Program-made: the position numbers and the translations under genes
The notes under the pieces: generated by a model
What the model was told of the DNA's origin: nothing
Database searches by the model: none
The model's input: the letters and a program-made list of their open reading frames with translations, nothing else
Shown here: piece after piece, positions 1-11,300 of the stretch
Layout of the letters: every line of letters begins with the position of its first letter
How positions within the stretch are numbered: the stretch's first letter is position 1
Assembly (NCBI RefSeq): GCF_009914755.1
Contig: NC_060935.1
DNA length: 64,000 nt
Reading direction: 5' to 3' (one strand)
Origin: the human T2T-CHM13v2.0 reference genome, Homo sapiens

Positions 1-195
1 TGGAGATTTGGACTGCTTTGAGGCCTACTGTAGTAAAGGAAATAACTTCATCTAAAAACCAAACGGAAGCATTCACAGACAATTCTTAGTGATCATTGGA
101 TTGAACTAACAGAGCTGAACATTCCTTTAGATGGCGCAGTTTCCAAACACACTTTCTGTAGAATCTGCAAGTGGATATTTGGACTTCTCTGAGGA

Positions 196-212
196 TTTCG
201 TTGGAAACGGGA
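196..212 (+). promoter_or_regulatory. CENP-B box, monomer A (representative; recurs once per HOR)
   Basis: TTTCGTTGGAAACGGGA matches the 17-bp YTTCGTTGGAARCGGGA consensus. Confidence 0.96.
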
Positions 213-665
213 TAAACTTCCCAGAACTACACGGAAGCATTGTGAGAAACTTCTTTGTGATGTTTGCATTCAACTCAGAGAGTTGAAACTTGCTTTCATA
301 GTTCAGCTTTCAAACACTCTTTTTGTAGAATCTGCAAGTGGATATTTGGACCACTTTTTGGGCTTCCTTCGAAACGGGTATATCTTCACATCAAACCTAG
401 ACAGAAACATTCTCAGAATGTTTCCTGTGATGACTGCATTCAACTCACAGAGGTGAACAATCCTGCTGATGGAGCAGTTTTGAAACTCTCTTTCTTTGGA
501 TTCTGCAAGTGGATATGTGGACCTCTGTGAAGATTTAGTTGGAAACGTGTTCATCTTCACAGAAAAACTAAACAGGAGCATTCTCAGAAACTGCTTTGTG
601 ATGTTTGTGTTCCACTTCAAGAATTGAACTTTCCTCTTGACAGAGCAGCTCTGAAACCCTATTTT

Positions 666-671
666 TCTAGA
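666..671. other. HOR-defining XbaI site in monomer D (representative)
   Basis: TCTAGA recurs at 850-bp spacing (666, 1516, 2366...). Confidence 0.9.
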
Positions 672-1212
672 ATATGCAAGTGGACATTTGGAGGGCTTTG
701 AGGCCTGTGGTGGAAAAGGAAAATCTTCACATAAAAACTAGATGGAAGCATTCTCAGAAACTACTTTGTGATGATTGCATTCGACGCACAGAGTTGAACA
801 TTCCTATAGATAGAGCAGGTTGTAAACAATCTTTTTGTAGAATCTGCGATTGGAGATTTGGACTGCTTTGAGGCCTACTGTAGTAAAGGAAATAACTTCA
901 TCTAAAAACCAAACGGAAGCATTCACAGACAATTCTTAGTGATCATTGCATTGAACTAACAGAGCTGAACATTCCTTTAGATGGAGCAGTTTCCAAACCC
1001 ACTTTCTGTAGAATCTGCAAGTGGATATTTGGACTTCTCTGAGGATTTCGTTGGAAACGGGATAAAATTCCCAGAACTACACGGAAGCATTCTGAGAAAC
1101 TTCTTTGTAATGTTTGCATTCAACTCACAGAGTTGAACCTTGCTTTCATAGTTCAGCTTTCAAACACTCTTTTTGTACAATCTGCAAGTGGATATTTGGA
1201 CCACTTTGTGGC

Positions 1213-1229
1213 CTTCCTTCGAAACGGGT
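1213..1229 (+). promoter_or_regulatory. Degenerate CENP-B box, monomer B (representative)
   Basis: CTTCCTTCGAAACGGGT has TTCC in place of the core TTCG. It sits at the box position 167 bp after the monomer A box at 1046. Confidence 0.8.
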
Positions 1230-1383
1230 ATATCTTCATATCAAACCTAGACAGAAGCATTCTCAGAATGTTTCCTGTGATGACTGCATTCAACTCACAG
1301 AGGTGAACAATCCTGCTGATGGAGCACTTTGGAAACTCTCTTTCTTTGGATTCTGCAAGTGGATATGTGGACCTCTGTGAAGA

Positions 1384-1400
1384 TTTCGTTGGAAACGGGT
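1384..1400 (+). promoter_or_regulatory. CENP-B box, monomer C (representative; recurs once per HOR)
   Basis: TTTCGTTGGAAACGGGT retains all nine core bases (TTCG....A..CGGG). Confidence 0.93.
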
Positions 1401-1558
1401 TCATCTTCACAGAAAAACTGAACAGGAGCATTCTCAGAAAGTGCTTTGTGATGTTTGTGTTCCACTTCAGGAATTGAACTTTCCTCTTGACAGAGCAGCT
1501 CTGAAACCCTCTTTTTCTAGAATCTGCAAGTGGACATTTGGAGGGCTTTGAGGCCTGT

Positions 1559-1571
1559 GGTGGAAAAGGAA
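1559..1571 (-). promoter_or_regulatory. pJ-alpha-type (A-box) site, monomer D (representative)
   Basis: GGTGGAAAAGGAA reads TTCCTTTTCCACC on the minus strand and occupies the box position of an A-type monomer. Confidence 0.7.
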
Positions 1572-4500
1572 AATCTTCACATAAAAACTAGATGGAAGCA
1601 TTCTCAGAAACTACTTTGTGATGATTGCATTCGACTCACAGAGTTGAACATTCCTATAGATAGAGCAGGTTGTAAACAATCTTTTTGTAGAATCTGCGAT
1701 TGGAGATTTGGACTGCTTTGAGGCCTACTGTAGTAGAGGAAATAACTTCATCTAAAAACCAAACGGAAGCATTCACAGACAATTCTTAGTGATCATTGCA
1801 TTGAACTAACAGAGCTGAACATTCCTTTAGATGGAGCAGTTTCCAAACACACTTTCTGTAGAATCTGCAAGTGGATATTTGGACTTCTCTGAGGATTTCG
1901 TTAGAAACGGGATAAACTTCCCAGAACTACACGGAAGCATTCTGAGAAACTTCTTTGTGATGTTTGCATTCAACTCACAGAGTTGAACCTTGCTTTCATA
2001 GTTCAGCTTTCAAACACTCTTTTTGTAGAATCTGCAAGTGGATATTTGGACCACTTTGTGGCCTTCCTTCGAAACGGGTATATCTTCACATCAAACCTAG
2101 ACAGAAGCATTCTCAGAATGTTTCCTGTGATGACTGCATTCAACTCACAGAGGTGAACAATCCTGTTGATGGAGCAGTTTTGAAACTCTCTTTCTTTGGA
2201 TTCTGCAAGTTGATATGTGGACCTCTGTGAAGATTTCGTTGGAAACGGGTTCATCTTCACAGAAAAACTAAACAGAATCATTCTCAGAAACTGCTTTGTG
2301 ATGTTTGTGTTCCACTTCAAGAATTGAACTTTCCTCTTGACAGAGCAGCTCTGAAACCCTCTTTTTCTAGAATCTGCAAGTGGACATTTGGAGGGCTTTG
2401 AGGCCTGTGGTGGAAAAGGAAAATCTTCACATAAAAACTAGATGGAAGCATTCTCAGAAACTACTTTGTGATGATTGCATTCGACTCACAGAGTTGAACA
2501 TTCCTATAGATAGAGCAGGTTGTAAACAATCTTTTTGTGGAATCTGCGATTGGAGATTTGGACTGCTTTGAGGCCTACTGTAGTAGAGGAAATAACTTCA
2601 TCTAAAAACCAAACGGAAGCATTCACAGACAATTCTTAGTGATCATTGCATTGAACTAACAGAGCTGAACATTCCTTTAGATGGCGCAGTTTCCAAACAC
2701 ACTTTCTGTAGAATCTGCAAGTGGATATTTGGACCTCTCTGAGGATTTCGTTAGAAACGGGATAAACTTCCCAGAACTACACGGAAGCATGCTGAGAAAC
2801 TTCTTTGTGATGTTTGCATTCAACTCACAGAGTTGAACCTTGCTTTCATAGTTCAGCTTTCAAACACTCTTTTTGTAGAATCTGCAAGTGGATATTTGGA
2901 CCACTTTGTGGCCTTCCTTCGAAACGGGTATATCTTCACATCAAACCTAGACAGAAGCATTCTCAGAATGTTTCCTGTGATGACTGCATTCAACTCACAG
3001 AGGTGAACAATCCTGCTGATGGAGCAATTTTGAAACTCTCTTTCTTTGGATTCTGCAAGTGGATATGTGGACCTCTGTGAAGATTTCGTTGGAAACGGGT
3101 TCATCTTCACAGAAAAACTAAACAGAAGCATTCTCAGAAACTGCTTTGTGATGTTTGTGTTCCACTTCAGGAATTGAACTTTCCTCTTCACAGAGCAGCT
3201 CTGAAACCCTCTTATTCTAGAATCTGCAAGTGGACATTTGGACGGCTTTGAGGCCTGTGGTGGAAAAGGAAAATCTTCACATAAAAACTAGATGGAAGCA
3301 TTCTCAGAAACTACTTTGTGATGATTGCATTCGACTCACAGAGTTGAACATTCCTATAGATAGAGCAGGTTGTAAACAATCTTTTTGTAGAATCTGCGAT
3401 TGGAGATTTGGACTGCTTTGAGTCCTACTGTAGTAAAGGAAATAACTTTATCTAAAAACCAAACGGAAGCATTCACAGACAATTCTTAGTGATCATTGCA
3501 TTGAACTAACAGAGCTGAACATTCCTTTAGATGGAGCAGTTTCCAAACACACTTTCTGTAGAACCTGCAAGTGGATATTTGGGCCTCTCTGAGGATTTCG
3601 TTGGAAACGGGATAAACTTCCCAGAACTACACGGAAGCATTGTGAGAAACTTCTTTGTGATGTTTGCATTCAACTCACAGAGTTGAACCTTGCTTTCATA
3701 GTTCAGCTTTCAAACACTCTTTTTGTAGAATCTGCAAGTCGATATTTTGACCACTTTTTGGGCTTCCTTCGAAACGGGTATATCTTCACATCAAACCTAG
3801 ACAGAAACATTCTCAGAATGTTTCCTGTGATGACTGCATTCAACTCACAGAGGTGAACAATCCTGCTGATGGAGCAGTTTTGAAACTCTCTTTCTTTGGA
3901 TTCTGCAAGTGGATATGTGGACCTCTGTGAAGATTTCGTTGGAAACGGGTTCATCTTCACAGAAAAACTAAACAGGAGCATTCTCAGAAACTGCTTTGTG
4001 ATGTTTGTGTTCCACTTCAAGAATTGAACTTTCCTCTTGACAGAGCAGCTCTGAAACCCTATTTTTCTAGAATATGCAAGTGGACATTTGGAGGGCTTTG
4101 AGGCCTGTGGTGGAAAAGGAAAATCTTCACATAAAAACTAGATGGAAGCATTCTCAGAAACTACTTTGTGATGATTGCATTCGACGCACAGAGTTGAACA
4201 TTCCTATAGATAGAGCAGGTTGTAAACAATCTTTTTGTAGAATCTGCGATTGGAGATTTGGACTGCTTTGAGGCCTACTGTAGTAAAGGAAATAACTTCA
4301 TCTAAAAACCAAACGGAAGCATTCACAGACAATTCTTAGTGATCATTGCATTGAACTAACAGAGCTGAACATTCCTTTAGATGGAGCAGTTTCCAAACCC
4401 ACTTTCTGTAGAATCTTCAAGTGGATATTTGGACTTCTCTGAGGATTTCGTTGGAAACGGGATAAACTTCCCAGAACTACACGGAAGCATTGTGAGAAAC

Positions 4501-5339
4501 TTCTTTGTGATGTTTGCATTCAACTCACAGAGTTGAACCTTGCTTTCATAGTTCAGCTTTCAAACACTCTTTTTGTAGAATCTGCAAGTGGATATTTGGA
4601 CCACTTTGTGGCCTTCCTTCGAAACGGGTATATCTTCCCATCAAACCTAGACAGAAGCATTCTCAGAATGTTTCCTGTGATGACTGCATTCAACTCACAG
4701 AGGTGAACAATCCTGTTGATGGAGCAGTTTTGAAACTCTCTTTCTTTGGATTCTGCAAGTTGATATGTGGACCTCTGTGAAGATTTCGTTGGAAACGGGT
4801 TCATCTTCACAGAAAAACTAAACAGAAGCATTCTCTGAAACTACTTTGTGATGTTTGTGTTCCACTTCTAGAATTGAACTTTCCTCTTGACAGAGCAGCT
4901 CTGAAACCCTCTTATTCTAGAATCTGCAAGTGGACATTTGGAGGGCTTTGAGGCCTGTGGTGGAAAAGGAAAATCTTCACATAAAAACTAGATGGAAGCA
5001 TTCTCAGAAACTACTTTGTGATGATTGCATTCGACTCACAGAGTTGAACATTCCTATAGATAGAGCAGGTTGTAAACAATCTTTTTGTAGAATCTGCGAT
5101 TGGAGATTTGGACTGCTTTGAGGCCTACTGTAGTAAAGGAAATAACTTCATCTAAAAACCAAACGGAAGCATTCACAGACAATTCTTAGTGATCATTGCA
5201 TTGAACTAACAGAGCTGAACATTCCTTTAGATGGCGCAGTTTCCAAACACACTTTCTGTAGAATCTGCAAGTGGATATTTGGACTTCTCTGAGAATTTCG
5301 TTGGAAAAGGGATAAACTTCCCAGAACTACACGGAAGCA

Positions 5340-8300
5340 TTGTGAGAAACTTCTTTGTGATGTTTCCATTCAACTCACAGAGTTGAAACTTGCTTTCATA
5401 GTTCAGCTTTCAAACACTCTTTTTGTAGAATCTGCAAGTGGATATTTGGACCACTTTGTGGCCTTCCTTCGAAACGGGTATATCTTCACATCAAACCTAG
5501 ACATAAGCATTCTCAGAATGTTTCCTGTGAAGACTGCATTCAACTCACAGAGATGAACAATCCTGTTGATGGAGCACTTTGGAAACTCTCTTTCTTTGGA
5601 TTCTGCAAGTTGATATGTGGACCTCTGTGAAGATTTCGTTGGAAACGGGTTCATCTTCACAGAAAAACTAAACAGAAGCATTCTCAAAAACTACTTTGTG
5701 ATGTTTGTGTTCCACTTCAAGAATTGAACTTTCCTCTTGACAGAGCAGTTCTGAAAACCTCTTTTTCTAGAATCTGCAAGTGGACATTTGGAGGGCTTTG
5801 AGGCCTGTGGTGGAAAAGGAAAATCTTCACATAAAAACTAGATGGAAGCATTCTCAGAAACTACTTTGTGATGATTGCATTCGACTCACAGAGTTGAACA
5901 TTCCTATAGATAGAGCAGGTTGTAAACAATCTTTTTGTAGAATCTGCGATTGGAGATTCGGACTGCTTTGAGGCCTACTGTAGTAAAGGAAATAACTTCA
6001 TCTAAAAACCAAACGGAAGCATTCACAGACAATTCTTAGTGATCATTGCATTGAACTAACAGAGCTGAACATTCCTTTACATGACGCAGTTTCCAAACAC
6101 ACTTTCTGTAGAATCTGCAAGTGGATATTTGGACCTCTCTGAGGATTTCGTTGGAAACGGGATAAACTTCCCAGAACTACACGGAAGCATGCTGAGAAAC
6201 TTCTTTGTGATGTTTGCATTCAACTCACAGAGTTGAACCTTGCTTTCATAGTTCAGCTTTCAAACACTTTTTTTGTAGAATCTGCAAGTGGATATTTGGA
6301 CCACTTTGTGGCCTTCCTTCGAAACGGGTATATCTTCACATCAAACCTAGACAGAAGCATTCTCAGAATGTTTCCTGTGATGACTGCATTCAACTCACAG
6401 AGGTGAACAATCCTGCTGATGGAGGAGTTTTGAAACTCTCTTTCTTTGGATTCTGCAAGTGGATATGTGGACCTCTGTGAAGATTTCGTTGGAAACGGGT
6501 TCATCTTCACAGAAAAACTAAACAGAAGCATTCTCAGAAACTGCTTTGTGATGTTTGTGTTCCACTTCAGGAATTGAACTTTCCTCTTGACAGAGCAGCT
6601 CTGAAACCCTCTTATTCTAGAATCTGCAAGTGGACATTTGGAGGGCTTTGAGGCCTTTGGTGGAAAAGGAAAATCTTCACATAAAAACTAGATGGAAGCA
6701 TTCTCAGAAACTACTTTGTGATGATTGCATTCGACTCACAGAGTTGAACATTCCTATAGATAGAGCAGGTTGTAAACAATCTTTTTCTAGAATCTGCTAT
6801 TGGAGATTTGGACTCCTTTGAGGCCTACTGTAGTAAAGGAAATAACTTCATCTAAAAACCAAACGGAAGCATTCACAGACAATTCTCAGGATCATTGGAT
6901 TGAACTCACAGAGCTGAACATTCCTTTAGATGGAGCAGTTTCCAAACACACTTTCTGTAGAATCTGCAAGTGGATATTTGGACTTCTCTGAGAATTTCGT
7001 TGGAAAAGGGATAAACTTCCCAGAACTACACGGAAGCATTGTGAGAAACTTCTTTGTGATGTTTGCATTCAACTCACAGAGTTGAACCTTGCTTTCATAG
7101 TTCAGCTTTCAAACACTCTTTTTGTAGAATCTGCAAGTGGACATTTGGAAGGATTTGAGGCCTGTGGTGGAAAAGGAAAATCTTCACAGAAAAACTAGAT
7201 GGAAGCATTCTCAGAAACTACTTTGTGATGATTGCATTCGACTCACAGAGTTGAACATTCCTATAGATAGAGCAGGTTGTAAACAATCTTTTTGTAGAAT
7301 CTGCGATTGGAGATTTGGACTGCTTTGAGGCCTACTGTAGTAAAGGAAATAACTTCATCTAAAAACCAAACGGAAGCATTTACAGACAATTCTTAGTGAT
7401 CATTGGATTGAACTAACAGAGCTGAACATTCCTTTAGATGGAGCAGTTTCCAAACCCACTTTCTGTAGAATCTGCAAGTGGATATTTGGACTTCTCTGAG
7501 GATTTCGTTGGAAACGGGATAAACTTCCCAGAACTACAGGGAAGCATTGTGAGAAACTTCTTTGTGATGTTTGCATTCAACTCACAGAGTTGAACCTTGC
7601 TTTCATAGTTCAGCTTTCAAACACTCTTTTTGTAGAATCTGCAAGTGGATATTTGGACCACTTTGTGGCCTTCCTTCGAAACGGGTATATCTTCACATCA
7701 AACCTAGACAGAAGCATTCTCAGAATGTTTCCTGTGATGACTGCATTCAACTCACAGAGGTGAACAATCCTGTTGATGGAGCACTTTTGAAACTCTCTTT
7801 CTTTGGATTCTGCAAGTTGATATGTGGACCTCTGTGAAGATTTCGTTGGAAACGGGTTCATCTTCACAGAAAAACTAAACAGAAGCATTCTCAGAAACTA
7901 CTTTGTGATGTTTGTGTTCCACTTCAAGAATTGAACTTTCCTCTTGACAGAGCAGCTCTGAAACCCTCTTTTTCTAGAATCTGCAAGTGGACATTTGGAG
8001 GGCTTTGAGGCCTGTGGTGGAAAAGGAAAATCTTCACATAAAAACTAGATGGAAGCATTCTCAGAAACTACTTTGTGATGATTGCATTCGTCTCACAGAG
8101 TTGAACATTCCTATAGATAGAGCAGGTTGTAAACAATCTTTTTGTAGAATCTGCGATTGGAGATTTGGACTGCTTGGAGGCCTACTGTAGTAAAGTAAAT
8201 AACTTCATCTAAAAACCAAACGGAAGCATTCACAGACAATTCTTAGTGATCATTGCATTGAACTAACAGAGCTGAACATTCCTTTAGATGGCGCAGTTTC

Positions 8301-11300
8301 CAAACACACTTTCTGTAGAATCTGCAAGTGGATATTTGGACCTCTCTGAGGATTTCGTTGGAAACCGGATAAACTTCCCAGAACTACACGGAAGCACTGT
8401 GAGAAAATTCTTTGTGATGTTTGCATTCAACTCACAGAGTTGAACCTTGCTTTCATAGTTCAGCTTTCAAACACTCTTTTTGTAGAATCTGCAAGTGGAT
8501 ATTTGGACCACTTTGTGGCCTTCCTTCGAAACGGGTATATCTTCCCATCAAACCTAGACAGAAGCATTCTCAGAATGTTTCCTGTGATGACTGCATTCAA
8601 CTCACAGAGGTGAACAATCCTGTTGATGGAGCACTTTTGAAACTCTCTTTCTTTGGATTCTGCAAGTTGATATGTGGACCTCTGTGAAGATTTCGTTGGA
8701 AACGGGTTCATCTTCACAGAAAAACTAAACAGAAGCATTCTCAGAAACTACTATGTGATGTTTGTGTTCCACTTCAAGAATTGAACTTTCCTCTTGACAG
8801 AGCAGCTCTGAAACCCTCTTTTTCTAGAATCTGCAAGTGAACATTTGGAGGGCTTTGAGGCCTGTGGTGGAAAAGGAAAATCTTCACATAAAAACTAGAT
8901 GGAAGCATTCTCAGAAACTACTTTGTGATGATTGCATTCGACTCACAGAGTTGAACATTCCTATAGATAGAGCAGGTTGTAAACAATCTTTTTGTAGAAT
9001 CTGCGATTGGAGATTTGGACTGCTTTGAGGCCTACTGTAGTAAAGGAAATAACTTCATCTAAAAACCAAACGGAAGCATTCACAGACAATTCTTAGTGAT
9101 CATTGCATTGAACTAACAGAGCTGAACATTCCTTTAGATGGCGCAGTTTCCAAACACACTTTCTGTAGAATCTGCAAGTGAATATTTGGACCTCTCTGAG
9201 GATTTCGTTAGAAAAGGGATAAACTTCCCAGAACTACACGGAAGCATGCTGAGAAACTTCTTTGTGATGTTTGCATTCAACTCACAGAGTTGAACCTTGC
9301 TTTCATAGTTCAGCTTTCAAACACTCTTTTTGTAGAATCTGCAAGTGGATATTTGGACCACTTTGTGGCCTTCCTTGAAACGGGTATATCTTCACATCAA
9401 ACCTAGACAGAAGCATTCTCAGAATGTTTCCTGTGATGACTGCATTCAACTCACAGAGGTGAACAATCCTGCTGATGGAGCAGTTTTGAAACTCTCTTTC
9501 TTTGGATTCTGCAAGTGGATATGTGGACCTCTGTGAAGATTTCGTTGGAAACGGGTTCATCTTCACAGAAAAACTAAACAGAAGCATTCTCAGAAACTGC
9601 TTTGTGATGTTTGTGTTCCACTTCAGGAATTGAACTTTCCTCTTGACAGAGCAGCTCTGAAACCCTCTTATTCTAGAATCTGCAAGTGGACATTTGGAGG
9701 GCTTTGAGGCCTGTGGTGGAAAAGGAAAATCTTCACATAAAAACTAGATGGAAGCATTCTCAGAAACTACTTTGTGATGATTGCATTCGACTCACAGAGT
9801 TGAACATTCCTATAGATAGAGCAGGTTGTAAACAATCTTTTTGTAGAAAATGCGATTGGAGATTTGGACTGCTTTGAGGCCTACTGTAGTAAAGGAAATA
9901 ACTTCATCTAAAAACCAAACGGAAGCATTCACAGACAATTCTTAGTGATCATTGGATTGAACTAACAGAGCTGAACATTCCTTTAGATGGAGCAGTTTCC
10001 AAACCCACTTTCTGTAGAATATGCAAGTGGATATTTGGACTTCTCTGAGGATTTCGTGGGAAACGGGATAAACTTCCCAGAACTACACGGAAGCATTGTG
10101 AGAAACTTCTTTGTGATGTTTGCATTCAACTCACAGAGTTGAACCTTGCTTTCATAGTTCAGCTTTCAAACACTCTTTTTGTAGAATCTGCAAGTGGATA
10201 TTTGGACCACTTTGTGGCCTTCCTTCGAAACGGGTATATCTTCACATCAAACCTAGACAGAAGCATTCTCAGAATGTTTCCTGTGATGACTGCATTCAAC
10301 TCACAGAGGTGAACAATCCTGCTGATGGAGCAGTTTTGAAACTCTCTTTCTTTGGATTCTGCAAGTGGATATGTGGACCTCTGTGAAGATTTCATTGGAA
10401 ACGGGTTCATCTTCACAGAAAAACTAAACAGGAGCATTCTCAGAAACTGCTTTGTGATGTTTGTGTTCCACTTCAAGAATTGAACTTTCCTCTTGACAGA
10501 GCAGCTCTGAAACCCTCTTTTTCTAGAATCTGCAAGTGGACATTTGGAGGGCTTTGAGGCCTGTGGTGGAAAAGGAAAATCTTCACATAAAAACTAGATG
10601 GAAGCATTCTCAGAAACTACTTTGTGATGATTGCATTCGACGCACAGAGTTGAACATTCCTATAGATAGAGCAGGTTGTAAACAATCTTTTTGTAGAATC
10701 TGCGATTGGAGATTTGGACTGCTTTGAGGCCTACTGTAGTAAAGGAAATAACTTCATCTAAAAACCAAACGGAAGCATTCACAGACAATTCTTAGTGATC
10801 ATTGCATTGAACTAACAGAGCTGAACATTCCTTTAGATGGTGCAGTTTCCAAACCCACTTTCTGTAGAATCTTCAAGTGGATATTTGGACTTCTCTGAGG
10901 ATTTCGTTGGAAACGGGATAAACTTCGCAGAACTACACGGAAGCATTGTGAGAAACTTCTTTGTGATGTTTGCATTCAACTCACAGAGTTGAACCTTGCT
11001 TTCATAGTTCAGCTTTCAAACACTCTTTTTGTAGAATCTGCAAGTGGATATTTGGACCACTTTGTGGCCTTCCTTCGAAACGGGTATATCTTCACATCAA
11101 ACCTAGACAGAAGCATTCTCAGAATGTTTCCTGTGATGACTGCATTCAACTCACAGAGGTGAACAATCCTGTTGATGGAGCAGTTTTGACTCTCTTTCTT
11201 TGGATTCTGCAAGTTGATATGTGGACCTCTGTGAAGATTTCGTTGGAAACGGGTTCATCTTCACAGAAAAACTAAACAGAAGCATTCTCTGAAACTACTT

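Larger units (their letters stand above)
70..919 (+). repeat. First complete HOR unit; monomers labelled here A 70-237, B 238-407, C 408-578, D 579-748, E 749-919
   Basis: The conserved 'catt' monomer starts are at 70, 238, 408, 579, 749 and 920, giving lengths 168+170+171+170+171 = 850. Confidence 0.93.

Noticed and set aside
1896-1912. Box variants TTAGAAACGGG (1896, 2746), GTGGGAAACGGG (about 10052, 16848) and TTGAAAACGGG (28747) as CENP-B box losses
   Set aside because: These changes fall outside the nine core positions, so binding is predicted to be retained.
10970-11275. Longer 101-aa ORF variants (also 31195-31500) as programmed frameshift products
   Set aside because: They are explained by 2-bp deletions in non-coding satellite.
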